Assembly (NCBI RefSeq): GCF_055900595.2
Contig: NZ_CM148325.1
Direction: 5' to 3' (one strand)
Length of the DNA stretch: 64,000 nt
Shown: positions 53,335 to 63,986 of the stretch, piece by piece
Layout: each line of letters begins with the position of its first letter
Position numbering within the stretch: position 1 is the stretch's first letter
Made by a program: the position numbers and the translations under genes
The notes under the pieces: generated by a model
What the model saw: only the letters and a program-made list of their open reading frames with translations
Told to the model about the DNA's origin: nothing
Databases searched by the model: none

Positions 53335-55014
53335 TTATTTAATCCACATAACCTGCCAGGGGCGCAGCGTTATTTCATTACCCACTATATCAACTTCACT
53401 AATCAGATCCCGACCGTGCAGGTCAGTAATATTTATATGCTGAATATTTTCACTGACATTAAACAATCCTGTCAGACAATTACCATCCGCGTTGCTTCTT
53501 TGAATACGCATTACGGATGAATTAACCGTATCGATGGTAAAATCATTATCTGGATGAAACTCGTTATGACTGCGACGAATTTTAATTAGTCGCGACAATT
53601 CATGATATACCGCGTGCCTTAACGTCGCTTTATTGTTCAGTTCGGTCGTGATCTCTTCGCTGGTGTATTTTTTACGGTTAATCGCACGGTTATATCCCAG
53701 TTTTTCGACACCTGCGTAATCATTACGCGAGCCCAGAATACTTTGAATATATATCGCTGGCACACCGGGGAAAATTAACAAAATCGCATGGGCAAGGATA
53801 AACCTGGCGCAACGTTCTTCATCGCTACTCTCGCGGCGGCTTAACGCATCCATATAAGTGACATTCATTTCATACGGACTGCGCGTACCATCGGGATTAT
53901 TTTTCCAGTTTACTAATGCCCCTTCCTGCTGTAACGCCTCGACTAGCGCTAATATCTCGCTTTCAGGCAACAAGCCTCGCAGTGGGTTAAGCCCAATACC
54001 ATCATGAGACGCGAGGAAGTTAAACCAGGTGGTTTTACTGGAAGGCAACGTCAGACTTTGCGCCCACTGGCACAGCGCCTCGACGTTCTGTTTTTGCACC
54101 GCATGTAACACCAGCGGCGGCAGTGAGAACTGGTACACCATATGCGCTTCGTCATCACCGTTTCCAAAGTAAGCAATGTTGTCTTTGTGAGGAACATTGG
54201 TCTCGGTAATGATCACAGTACCTGGTGCTACGTCATCAATAATCGACCGTAACAGCTTGATAATCAGATGTGTTTTTTCCAGATGGATGCAGCTTGTTCC
54301 CGGCTCTTTCCACATAAAGCCAACGGCATCCAGACGGACATACTCTGCGCCTTTTTCCAGGTAACACAACAGCACATCTACCATCGCCAGTAATACATCT
54401 GGGCTGCGATAATTGAGGTCAATTTGATCGTCGCTAAATGTCGTCCATAAATGGCGCGTTGAATTATCGTTCATTTGAAACGACGTTAATAACGGTAACG
54501 CACGCGGGCGAGTGACGGCGCTGAGATCGGCTTGCGGGTCAACGGCAATAAAAAAATCTTCAAAACCTGGCTGCTGTTGTAAATAGTTTTTAAACCATTC
54601 ACTTTTAGCCGACATGTGGTTGCAGACTAAATCAAACATCAAATGGCTGCATTCACCGAGCTGCTGAATATCCTGCCACTCCCCTGCTTCACTGGCGACC
54701 TGATGATAATCAATTACCGAAAATCCATCATCAGATGTCCATGGGTAAAATGGCAACAAATGGACATGTGAAAAAATGCTTTGCAGCCAGTGATGGTAAA
54801 ACTGATTAAATGTGGGTAGTGGTTTTAAATCATTACTGTGAAATTGATCGGCATAGGTAATTAACACGACATCACTTTCATCCCAGTGTTTTTTACGTCG
54901 CTGTGTAATTAATCTTTTCGCACTCTCAAGACGCGTTACAAGTTTCTGTAAATGAGTCGCGGTAAATGTTCCACCGTAGATTTCGTCCAGGTAATCCGTA
55001 ATTTTCTGTTTCAT
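53335..55014 (-). CDS. ycjM: GH13 sucrose-phosphorylase-like enzyme (glucosylglycerate phosphorylase)
   Basis: Track ORF 53335..55041; start moved to MKQKITDYLDEIYGG (559 aa). Confidence 0.9.
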   Translation of the reverse strand: MKQKITDYLDEIYGGTFTATHLQKLVTRLESAKRLITQRRKKHWDESDVVLITYADQFHSNDLKPLPTFNQFYHHWLQSIFSHVHLLPFYPWTSDDGFSVIDYHQVASEAGEWQDIQQLGECSHLMFDLVCNHMSAKSEWFKNYLQQQPGFEDFFIAVDPQADLSAVTRPRALPLLTSFQMNDNSTRHLWTTFSDDQIDLNYRSPDVLLAMVDVLLCYLEKGAEYVRLDAVGFMWKEPGTSCIHLEKTHLIIKLLRSIIDDVAPGTVIITETNVPHKDNIAYFGNGDDEAHMVYQFSLPPLVLHAVQKQNVEALCQWAQSLTLPSSKTTWFNFLASHDGIGLNPLRGLLPESEILALVEALQQEGALVNWKNNPDGTRSPYEMNVTYMDALSRRESSDEERCARFILAHAILLIFPGVPAIYIQSILGSRNDYAGVEKLGYNRAINRKKYTSEEITTELNNKATLRHAVYHELSRLIKIRRSHNEFHPDNDFTIDTVNSSVMRIQRSNADGNCLTGLFNVSENIQHINITDLHGRDLISEVDIVGNEITLRPWQVMWIK

Positions 55015-55026
55015 GTTGCCTTTCCG

Positions 55027-55040
55027 TGGTAGCGGTCCCA
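55027..55040. promoter_or_regulatory. Putative LacI-family (YcjW) operator, copy 1
   Basis: Minus strand TGGGACCGCTACCA, imperfect palindrome centred on CG, 13 to 26 nt upstream of the ycjM ATG; identical copy at 44389..44402. Confidence 0.45.
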
Positions 55041-55185
55041 TGAAGCGAGAGACTACTCCGCAGAAAATAAACTGTCAATTGAGCACAAGGGTTTTAGTCA
55101 CGCAGGAAATCATTTTTTACCAGGGAAAAAGCGTATTTGTGAGCTGACGCAAATAATCTATGGGGATGTAAATAAGGTGTGACAG

Positions 55186-55210
55186 AAAAAGTAAACGGCG
55201 CATAAGCGCC
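55186..55210 (-). terminator. Putative terminator after pspE
   Basis: Minus-strand hairpin GGCGC-ttat-GCGCC followed by GTTTACTTTTT. Confidence 0.4.
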
Positions 55211-55227
55211 GCTTAGGGTGGATTCTT

Positions 55228-55542
55228 TTAACCTTTGACCTTCGGCATTGCGATGTCTTTCAGGCCGCCAGCGTTCTCAACGTGGGTATATCCCATCTCG
55301 CTAAGGATCTCTTTTGCCTGCCCTGACTGGCGTCCGGCATTGCAATACACTTTCACGGTGTCGTTTTTATCCGGAACGGCGGTGGCAATGCGCTCTTTCA
55401 CTTCCTTCAGGGGAATATTGATGGCTCCCTGAACGTGCTCTTGCTGATACTGCTCTGGAACACGAACATCGATCCAGTGTTCAGCGGCGAAAACGGGCAG
55501 TGAAAACACCAGTGTCAGAGCAAGTAAGCCTTTTTTAAACAT
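55228..55542 (-). CDS. pspE: Thiosulfate sulfurtransferase PspE (rhodanese)
   Basis: 104-aa ORF with signal peptide and active-site loop CNAGRQS. Confidence 0.9.
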   Translation of the reverse strand: MFKKGLLALTLVFSLPVFAAEHWIDVRVPEQYQQEHVQGAINIPLKEVKERIATAVPDKNDTVKVYCNAGRQSGQAKEILSEMGYTHVENAGGLKDIAMPKVKG

Positions 55543-55616
55543 GTAAGCGTCCTTCTATGGATGAAAATTGCCATCCATAATACGCCTTAGCTTTAACAAT
55601 TTTTGCGAAACTCCCC

Positions 55617-55838
55617 TCACCTTTTATAACGCTGCGCCAGCTTATTGGCAGCCCGACTTAATAGCGGTTCCAGCGCCACAGCCAGCAACATTTTCAGCGG
55701 TCGGCGAGCAACTGATTTTATCGCCCAACCAGCCACACCCGCCGGGCCATAGCGCAGTGCGGTAAGAAGTACCAGCTTGCCTGCTAATTTGAAACCAGGC
55801 TTCACCTTTTGCCCGGCCTGTTGCCAGCGAGTATTCAT
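55617..55838 (-). CDS. pspD: Phage shock protein D
   Basis: Track ORF 55617..55850; start moved to [10 protein letters not shown] (73 aa). Confidence 0.85.
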
Positions 55839-55846
55839 AACTTTCC

Positions 55847-56206
55847 TCACAGTTGACGGAAACGGCTACGTAACGTGAAAGTATCGGAAGTGACATAACG
55901 TTCCATCTCGCGTAAACGCGTTTCACTGGCCGCCAGTTCACGATCGACTTCATCTAACAATTCGCTGCTGGAAGGCAGTTGTTCACCAAACGCCATGTTG
56001 TCAGGCATTGGATCAAGCGCAAATGACAAAATGATGTAAGCAACCAGGGTAAACAGCGCCAGACCGAAGAAAATCGACAGCACCACCAGGATACGCGCCA
56101 GTTTTACCGGTACATCAAAATAGTTGGCAATCCCGGCGCAGACGCCGCGTACCATGCCCCGCTGTGGAATACGCCATAATTTTTTATTGAGATTAATGCC
56201 CGCCAT
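55847..56206 (-). CDS. pspC: Phage shock protein C
   Basis: 119-aa ORF with single TM helix; start overlaps pspB stop. Confidence 0.9.
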
Positions 56207-56430
56207 TAGCGATCCCTCCAGTTCGGATGTTCTGCATCAAGAATGGATTCCAGCGCCTGAATACGTTCGCGCATCCGTTTTGCTTCATCAGCCAGTTGCG
56301 CTAATCGCTGCTGCTCACTTTGCGACAATTCACCGCGACCGGAACGATTGCTGTAATGCAGCCATAACCAGATCGGTAAAACAAACAGCACAAAAATGGT
56401 TAACGGAATAGCCAGAAATAGCGCGCTCAT
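56206..56430 (-). CDS. pspB: Phage shock protein B
   Basis: 74-aa ORF with N-terminal TM helix (MSALFLAIPLTIFVLFVLPIWLWL). Confidence 0.9.
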   Translation of the reverse strand: MSALFLAIPLTIFVLFVLPIWLWLHYSNRSGRGELSQSEQQRLAQLADEAKRMRERIQALESILDAEHPNWRDR

Positions 56431-56483
56431 AAGTACTCCTTAGACGATGAGCGGCGGCGCGTTCAGACGCCGCCAGGATGTTA

Positions 56484-57224
<741 letters not shown>

Positions 57225-57318
57225 TTATCTTTTTGATTTATAAAGATCTGATTGAAGAATCAACAGCAACATGCCAGGATGAGTTAGCGAATTACACTAA
57301 CAAGTGGCGAATTTCATC

Positions 57319-58296
57319 ATGGCAGAATACAAAGATAATTTACTCGGTGAGGCGAACAGCTTTCTCGAAGTGCTGGAACAGGTTTCGCATCTCGCACCGC
57401 TGGACAAACCGGTGCTCATCATCGGCGAGCGCGGCACAGGTAAAGAGCTGATTGCCAGCCGTCTGCATTATCTCTCCTCCCGTTGGCAGGGGCCGTTTAT
57501 TTCCCTTAACTGCGCGGCGTTAAATGAAAATCTGCTGGATTCCGAACTGTTTGGTCACGAAGCGGGCGCGTTTACCGGTGCGCAAAAACGTCATCCAGGG
57601 AGATTTGAACGTGCCGACGGCGGTACGCTATTTCTTGATGAACTCGCTACGGCACCGATGATGGTACAGGAGAAATTATTGCGCGTGATTGAGTACGGTG
57701 AACTGGAGCGCGTTGGCGGCAGCCAGCCATTGCAGGTGAATGTGCGGTTGGTATGCGCGACGAATGCCGATCTCCCGGCGATGGTCAATGAAGGGACTTT
57801 TCGCGCTGACCTGCTCGACCGGCTGGCTTTCGATGTAGTGCAACTGCCGCCCCTGCGCGAGCGCGAAAGCGACATTATGCTGATGGCAGAACACTTTGCC
57901 ATTCAGATGTGTCGGGAAATCAAGCTGCCTCTGTTCCCGGGTTTTACCGAGCGCGCCAGAGAAACATTGCTGAATTATCGCTGGCCGGGAAATATTCGTG
58001 AATTGAAAAACGTGGTGGAACGTTCGGTGTATCGCCACGGCACCAGCGATTATCCGCTTGATGACATCATTATTGATCCCTTTAAACGGCGTCCACCTGA
58101 AGAACCCATCGCCGTTCCAGAAAACACTTCACTTCCGACGCTGCCACTGGATTTACGTGAGTTTCAGATGCAGCAGGAAAAAGAGTTGCTGCTACTCAGT
58201 TTGCAACAAGGGAAATATAACCAGAAGCGCGCGGCTGAATTACTGGGGTTAACCTATCATCAGTTCCGCGCGTTGTTGAAAAAGCACCAGATTTAG
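57319..58296 (+). CDS. pspF: sigma54-dependent activator PspF
   Basis: Track ORF 57304..58296; start moved to MAEYKDNLLGEANSF (325 aa); Walker A GERGTGKE and GAFTGA motif. Confidence 0.9.
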   Translation: MAEYKDNLLGEANSFLEVLEQVSHLAPLDKPVLIIGERGTGKELIASRLHYLSSRWQGPFISLNCAALNENLLDSELFGHEAGAFTGAQKRHPGRFERADGGTLFLDELATAPMMVQEKLLRVIEYGELERVGGSQPLQVNVRLVCATNADLPAMVNEGTFRADLLDRLAFDVVQLPPLRERESDIMLMAEHFAIQMCREIKLPLFPGFTERARETLLNYRWPGNIRELKNVVERSVYRHGTSDYPLDDIIIDPFKRRPPEEPIAVPENTSLPTLPLDLREFQMQQEKELLLLSLQQGKYNQKRAAELLGLTYHQFRALLKKHQI

Positions 58297-58317
58297 CGAA
58301 GTTGGGCAATACAACTT

Positions 58318-58395
58318 GCCGGATGCGGCGTGAACGCCTTATCCGGCATACATAATCAATACGTCGTTTGCAGGCCTGATAAGCGCAGCGCATCA
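58318..58395. repeat. REP element pair
   Basis: GCCGGATGCGGCGTGAACGCCTTATCCGGCATAC and AGGCCTGATAAGCGCAGCGCATCAG between pspF and puuE. Confidence 0.55.
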
Positions 58396-58415
58396 GACAT
58401 TATTGCGTTGGGCTA

Positions 58416-59681
58416 TTAATCGCTCAGCGCATCCTGCAATATTTTCATTGCCGCATCGAATTGCGCATCCGGGATGGTCAGCGGGTACAGGAAACGAATC
58501 ACGTTGCCGTATGCGCCACAGGTCAGCAGGAGCAGCCCCTGCGCCAGCGCGCGTTGCTGGATTTTCTGTGCAATCGCCGCTGACGGCTCGCCCGTTTGCG
58601 GATCGTTAAACTCTGCCGCAATCATCGACCCCAGACCGCGTACCGCCGCGATGGCCGGAACGCTTTCTTTGGCATCAATCAACGTATTTGTCAGACGCTG
58701 GCCCAGTTGATTAGCGCGTTCACAGAGTGATTCTTTGTCGATAATGTTGAGCACCGCGTGCGCGGCAGCCACCGCCAGCGGGTTCCCGGCGTAGGTACCA
58801 CCAAGCCCGCCCGGCGCGGGCGCGTCCATGATATTCGCGTTACCGACCACGCCCGAAAGCGGCATCCCGCCCGCGAGGCTTTTCGCCATCGTCATTAAGT
58901 CCGGCTTATCGGCGTAGTGATCCATGGCAAACAGTTTACCGGTACGCGCAAAGCCGCTTTGCACTTCATCGGCAATCATCACAATACCGTGCTCGTCGCA
59001 CAGGCGGCGAATGGCGGCAACCAGCTCTTTTGGCGCAACGTTGAAACCGCCTTCGCCCTGCACCGGTTCGAAAATAATCGCCGCCACCTGCTTCGCTTCA
59101 ATGTCCGATTTAAACAAGCGTTCGATGGCATCGAGGGAGTCCTGCGTTGAAACGCCATGTAAATCTGATGGATAAGGTACGTGATACACCGAACCGGGGA
59201 ACGGGCCGAAGCCGATTTTGTACGGCGCGACCTTTCCGGTCAGCGCCATGGTCATATATGTACGACCGTGGAAGCCGCCGCTAAACGCAATCACGCCAGG
59301 GCGTCCGGTATGGGCGCGGGCGATTTTCACCGCGTTCTCCACCGCTTCCGCACCGGTGGTGAAGAACGCAGTTTTAGCCTGCCCGCTCACCGGGGCAAGG
59401 GCGTTGATTTTCTCCGCCAGGGTGACGTAGCTTTCGTACGGCACAATCTGATACGCCGTATGGGTAAACTGTTGCAATTGCTGCTCCACCGCCGCGACCA
59501 GATCAGGGTGGCGATGCCCGGTATTCAGCACCGCAATGCCTGCGGCGAAATCGATATATTCGTTGCCCTCTACATCCTTCAGCGTGGCGTTTTCTGCCGA
59601 CTGGGCGAAGAAGTTACACATCACGCCAACCCCGCGTGGGGTAGCAGAAAGACGACGCTGATGGAATTCATTGTTGCTCAT
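58416..59681 (-). CDS. puuE: 4-aminobutyrate aminotransferase (PLP-dependent)
   Basis: 421-aa class-III aminotransferase ORF. Confidence 0.9.
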   Translation of the reverse strand: MSNNEFHQRRLSATPRGVGVMCNFFAQSAENATLKDVEGNEYIDFAAGIAVLNTGHRHPDLVAAVEQQLQQFTHTAYQIVPYESYVTLAEKINALAPVSGQAKTAFFTTGAEAVENAVKIARAHTGRPGVIAFSGGFHGRTYMTMALTGKVAPYKIGFGPFPGSVYHVPYPSDLHGVSTQDSLDAIERLFKSDIEAKQVAAIIFEPVQGEGGFNVAPKELVAAIRRLCDEHGIVMIADEVQSGFARTGKLFAMDHYADKPDLMTMAKSLAGGMPLSGVVGNANIMDAPAPGGLGGTYAGNPLAVAAAHAVLNIIDKESLCERANQLGQRLTNTLIDAKESVPAIAAVRGLGSMIAAEFNDPQTGEPSAAIAQKIQQRALAQGLLLLTCGAYGNVIRFLYPLTIPDAQFDAAMKILQDALSD

Positions 59682-59718
59682 GTTTCACACCTTTTGACTC
59701 TTCACTGTTAATCGGAAA

Positions 59719-60999
59719 TTAAACGCCCAGACGATCGCGCAGGCTGTAATAAGCCGCGCCCATCGCGGTAAATGGCACGCGCAGCGTGCGCCCGCCGGGG
59801 AACGGGTAATGCGGCAGATTGGCGAAGGCGTCGAAGCGTTCGGCGTCACCGCGCAGCAGTTCAGCAATCAAACGCCCGGCAAGATGGGTACAGGTGACGC
59901 CGTGGCCGCTGTAACCCTGCATGTAATAGATGTTGGTATCAAGGCGACCGAACTGCGGCATGCGCGACAAGGTCAGCAGGAAGTTGCCCGTCCAGCGGTA
60001 ATCAATTTTCATGCCCTTCAGCTGCGGGAAGGTTTTCAGCAGTTTCGGCACAACAAGACGCTCAACGTCATCCGGGTCGCGCGCGCCGTAGACCACGCCG
60101 CCACCGTACAGCAGGCGGTTATCGGCAGTCAGGCGGTAGTAATCAAGAAGATAGTTACAGTCTTCCACACAGTAGTTTTTCGGGATCAGCGAACGGGCTA
60201 AATCTTCCGACAGCCGCTCGGTGGTGATCACCTGCGTGCCGCACGGCATGCTGCGTTTCGCCAGTTCCGGCTCTACTTTATCGCCCAGATACGCGTTGCC
60301 TGCGACAATCACATACTTCGCCGTCACCTGCCCTTGGGCAGTGCGCACAACGGCTGGCGTGGTGTGCTGGATCTGCGTCACGGCGGAAAGCTCATACACG
60401 CGCCCGCCGTTCAGGCGGATGGCATCGGCTTCACCAATGGCGAGGTTCAGCGGATGAATATGTCCACCGCTGTGATCCAGCAGCGCACCCGTGTAGCGAT
60501 CGCTGGCGACTTCGCGACGAATGGCGTTGGCGTCCAGCAATTCAAGCTGTTTATTACCGTAGCGTTCCCAGTTCTCTTTCTGCTCTTCGAGTGTGGCGAG
60601 TTGTTTATCATTCATCGCCACAAACAGGCCGCCGGGGCGATAGTCGCAGTCAATCTGATAACGTTTGATACGTTCGCGGATGATCTCGCCACCCTCGAAC
60701 ATCATGCTGCCGAGCATACGGGCGGTATCCATGCCGTAGCTTTTTTCGATAACGTCGATGTCGCGGCTGTAGGAGTTCACAAGCTGCCCGCCGTTGCGTC
60801 CGCTTGCGCCGAAGCCGATGCGTGAGGCTTCAAGAACCACCACGTCAAAGCCCGCTTCCGCCAGATGCAGCGCGGAGGAAAGCCCGGTATAGCCGCCGCC
60901 GACCACGCAAACGTCGCAGGAAATCGACTCATTCAGCGTGTCGAATGGCGCGTATTTATTCGCACTGGCGGCGTAATAACTGCTGGTATGTTCGGTCAT
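59719..60999 (-). CDS. puuB: gamma-Glutamylputrescine oxidase (FAD-dependent)
   Basis: 426-aa ORF with FAD-binding GxGxxG (VVGGGYTGLSSA). Confidence 0.9.
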   Translation of the reverse strand: MTEHTSSYYAASANKYAPFDTLNESISCDVCVVGGGYTGLSSALHLAEAGFDVVVLEASRIGFGASGRNGGQLVNSYSRDIDVIEKSYGMDTARMLGSMMFEGGEIIRERIKRYQIDCDYRPGGLFVAMNDKQLATLEEQKENWERYGNKQLELLDANAIRREVASDRYTGALLDHSGGHIHPLNLAIGEADAIRLNGGRVYELSAVTQIQHTTPAVVRTAQGQVTAKYVIVAGNAYLGDKVEPELAKRSMPCGTQVITTERLSEDLARSLIPKNYCVEDCNYLLDYYRLTADNRLLYGGGVVYGARDPDDVERLVVPKLLKTFPQLKGMKIDYRWTGNFLLTLSRMPQFGRLDTNIYYMQGYSGHGVTCTHLAGRLIAELLRGDAERFDAFANLPHYPFPGGRTLRVPFTAMGAAYYSLRDRLGV

Positions 61000-61000
61000 T

Positions 61001-62488
61001 TCAGGCCTCCAGGCTTATCCAGATGGTTTTCAGTTCGGTGAATTTTTCAAGGGCGTGCAGGGATTTGTCGCGACCGTTGCCGCTCTGCTTATAGCCGCCA
61101 AACGGCACGGTCATATCACCGTCGTTGTAGTTATTGACGAAGACGGAACCGGCTTTCAGGCGGCGACTCATGTGGTGCGCGCGGGAGAGGTCGCGTGTCC
61201 ATACCGCCGCGCCAAGTCCGTACTGGCTGTCGTTGGCAAGCTGTAGCGCCTGCTCTTCTGATGTGAAACGCGTGACCACCAGCACCGGGCCGAAAATCTC
61301 TTCGCGGCTTAAGGACGCATTCGGGTCTACATCCACAAAGATGGTCGGGCCGATGGCCGCAGCCAGTTTGGCATTACGACCATCCAGCAGCAGTTGCCCT
61401 TTACCTTCGCCTTCGCGAATAAAGCTATGCACCGAGTCGGCGTGGGCGCAGTCGATTAAGGTGCCCATGGTGGTCGCGGGATCAAGTGGATGGCCCGGCT
61501 GCCAGTTTTGCGCCTGCTGTTTTAACAGGGCTAAGAACTCATCGGCGATGCTCTCTTCCAGCAACAAACGCGTTCCGGCGATGCACACCTGGCCCTGGTT
61601 GTAGAAGATACCTGCGGCTGTCGCGCTCGCGGCTTTTTGCAGATCCGGGCAGTCAGCGAAAACGATGTTGGCGCTTTTGCCGCCCGCTTCCAGCCAGACG
61701 CGTTTCATGTTGCTGTCGCCCGCATCTTTCAGCAGTTGTTTCCCGGTACGGGTTGATCCAGTAAAGGCGATAACGTCAATATCATCATGACGCGACAGCG
61801 CCTGGCCCGCTTCATGACCAAAACCGGTCACCACGTTCAGCACACCATCCGGCAGACCGGCCTCTTTCGCCAGCCCGGCGAGACGAATCGCGCTAAGCGG
61901 TGATTTTTCCGACGGCTTCAGGACGACGCTGTTCCCTGACGCCAGCGCCGGGCCAAGTTTCCAGCAGGTCAGCAGCAACGGGAAGTTCCACGGTACAATG
62001 GCGGCAATTACGCCGACCGGTTCACGCACGATCATCGCCAGGTCATGGCTACTGGTGGTCGCCACTTCGCCATACACTTTATCGATCGCTTCGGCGTACC
62101 ATCGAATGGCGCGCGCCGCGCCGGGAATATCATCACGCAGGCTGTGACGAATCGGTTTGCCGGTGTCGAGCGTTTCCAGCAGCGCCAGCTCTTCGGCGTT
62201 GGCTTCCATTAAATCGGCGAGTTTATTCAGTACCGCTTTACGTTTTGCCGGAGAAGAGTGTGACCAGTCGCCGCGTTCAAATACGCCGCGTGCTGCGCTC
62301 ACCGCACGGTCGATATCGACGCTCTTGCCGCGGGCAATTTTCGCCAGCGGTGCCTGGGTGGCCGGATCAACGGTTTCAAAAGTTTCATTTTCCGCCGCAG
62401 CAGTATATTCACCGTTAATAAATAAGCGGGTTTCAATGGCGAGACTTAACGCTTTATCCTGCCAGTAAGCCAGATGATGAAAATTCAT
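61001..62488 (-). CDS. puuC: gamma-Glutamyl-gamma-aminobutyraldehyde dehydrogenase
   Basis: Track ORF 61001..62584; start moved to MNFHHLAYWQDKALSL (495 aa); aldehyde dehydrogenase family with catalytic Cys (GQVCIAGTR). Confidence 0.9.
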   Translation of the reverse strand: MNFHHLAYWQDKALSLAIETRLFINGEYTAAAENETFETVDPATQAPLAKIARGKSVDIDRAVSAARGVFERGDWSHSSPAKRKAVLNKLADLMEANAEELALLETLDTGKPIRHSLRDDIPGAARAIRWYAEAIDKVYGEVATTSSHDLAMIVREPVGVIAAIVPWNFPLLLTCWKLGPALASGNSVVLKPSEKSPLSAIRLAGLAKEAGLPDGVLNVVTGFGHEAGQALSRHDDIDVIAFTGSTRTGKQLLKDAGDSNMKRVWLEAGGKSANIVFADCPDLQKAASATAAGIFYNQGQVCIAGTRLLLEESIADEFLALLKQQAQNWQPGHPLDPATTMGTLIDCAHADSVHSFIREGEGKGQLLLDGRNAKLAAAIGPTIFVDVDPNASLSREEIFGPVLVVTRFTSEEQALQLANDSQYGLGAAVWTRDLSRAHHMSRRLKAGSVFVNNYNDGDMTVPFGGYKQSGNGRDKSLHALEKFTELKTIWISLEA

Positions 62489-62637
62489 TATGACTCCTGT
62501 TTCACGTGTATCAGATATATGCAGTTTGTGAACGTCAGGGCGCAGAGATCCCCGGGCCGTATGCCCGTTTATTTCTGGCGACATTCTTTATGGATTGCCG
62601 GGCGCATTGCGCTTACCCGGCTTACAGAACAAAAAGA

Positions 62638-63195
62638 TTAAAACGTGGTGGGCGTATGGGCGCTGATAATTCGGCAAACACCTGCCGACGTATTACTGAA
62701 ACTGTGCGGGATGCCGGTATTAATGGCATAACTTTGCCCCGCGACGAGGTGGTAATCCTGACCATTAATCGTCAGAACAATTTCACCTTCCAGTACAGTG
62801 CCTATTTCCTCACCCTGATGCTTAATTCTTTCCCCAGTGGTTGTGCCCGGCTGGTAAGTTTCAAAGATCATCGCCAGCGTGCGATTCGGGTTACCGTTAT
62901 GAACCAGCTTCATTGACACACCCTGACTGCCCATCTCAATTAAGTCGTCCTGATTAATGACGACCTGTGGCTCATCAGGTTTTTCCGGCTCGGAAAAGAA
63001 TTCCGAGAGTGACAGACCATACACCTTCAGCAGCTTTTGCAGCGTACTGATGGCAGGGCTGACTTTATCTTGTTCTATCGTACTGATAGCACTGTGAGTC
63101 AGCCCGGAGAGTTCGGCGGCACGACGTTGTGAAAGCCCCTGCTGCTGGCGGATTTCCGACAAGCGTTTTCCTGGCGCCAGTCCCTCATCACTCAT
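62638..63195 (-). CDS. puuR: HTH-type repressor PuuR (XRE HTH plus cupin)
   Basis: 185-aa ORF MSDEGLAPGKRLSEIRQQQGLSQRRAAELSGLTHSAISTIEQDKVSP... Confidence 0.9.
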   Translation of the reverse strand: MSDEGLAPGKRLSEIRQQQGLSQRRAAELSGLTHSAISTIEQDKVSPAISTLQKLLKVYGLSLSEFFSEPEKPDEPQVVINQDDLIEMGSQGVSMKLVHNGNPNRTLAMIFETYQPGTTTGERIKHQGEEIGTVLEGEIVLTINGQDYHLVAGQSYAINTGIPHSFSNTSAGVCRIISAHTPTTF

Positions 63196-63221
63196 ATTTG
63201 CATTTCCTTAAACTGTAGTGG

Positions 63222-63986
63222 TCAGAGTCGCTGTTTTTCAGCGATATGGTGCTGACAAGCGGTGATAAAGCCCTCGAACAATATACGCGAAAGCGCGTAC
63301 TCGCTACTGTTCCATTCCGGGTGCCACTGTACGCCCAGCGCAAAAGGATGATTGATGACGCTAACCGCCTCAACTAAGCCATCCGGCGAGCGAGCTTCAA
63401 CACGCAACCGTGGGCTAACGACCTTCGCCCCTTGTCCATGCAGAGAGTTTACCCAAAAGTTGCTACATTCAGGTAACAACGCAGACAGCAATCCCCCCTC
63501 TTCAACCTGAACTTCATGCGACGGTGCATATTGCTGTTCCACCGGCAGTTCGGGATCTTCCCGATGTTCCAGCAATTCAGGCTGTTCGCACAGCTTGCGA
63601 TGCAACGAACCACCGGTTGCCACCACCAGTTCCTGTAAACCCCGGCAGATGGCGAAAATGGGGATGCGCCTTTCGAGTGCGGCATTAATTAACGCCATGC
63701 TCAGAAGATCACGCCCGGGATCGGCGTCAGGCTCATCGCCGTTTTCACCATATAGGTGCGGCTGCACATTGCTGGGACTACCAGGAAGATAAATACCATC
63801 GAGTTTCGGCAAAAGTTGTTCAAGTAATGACGGTTCCGCCAGCGCATGTGGCAGCGCAATTGGCAAGCCGCCTGCGTGGATGATGGCATTCAGGTACTTT
63901 TCTTGCAGAGTCTGGGTCGCATGACCCTTAAGCCTGTTCCTGCACATTACGACACCGATAACCGGATTGTTCATTATATTTTCCAT
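63222..63986 (-). CDS. puuD: gamma-Glutamyl-GABA hydrolase (class I glutamine amidotransferase-like)
   Basis: Track ORF 63222..63998; start moved to MENIMNNPVIGVV (254 aa); catalytic Cys in AICRG. Confidence 0.9.
   Translation of the reverse strand: MENIMNNPVIGVVMCRNRLKGHATQTLQEKYLNAIIHAGGLPIALPHALAEPSLLEQLLPKLDGIYLPGSPSNVQPHLYGENGDEPDADPGRDLLSMALINAALERRIPIFAICRGLQELVVATGGSLHRKLCEQPELLEHREDPELPVEQQYAPSHEVQVEEGGLLSALLPECSNFWVNSLHGQGAKVVSPRLRVEARSPDGLVEAVSVINHPFALGVQWHPEWNSSEYALSRILFEGFITACQHHIAEKQRL

Noticed and set aside
62585-62637. REP-like palindrome (GCCGGGCGCATTGCGCTTACCCGGC) between puuR and puuC
   Set aside because: Only a weak match to the REP consensus, and it overlaps the puuC upstream leader; the evidence is not strong enough to call a feature.
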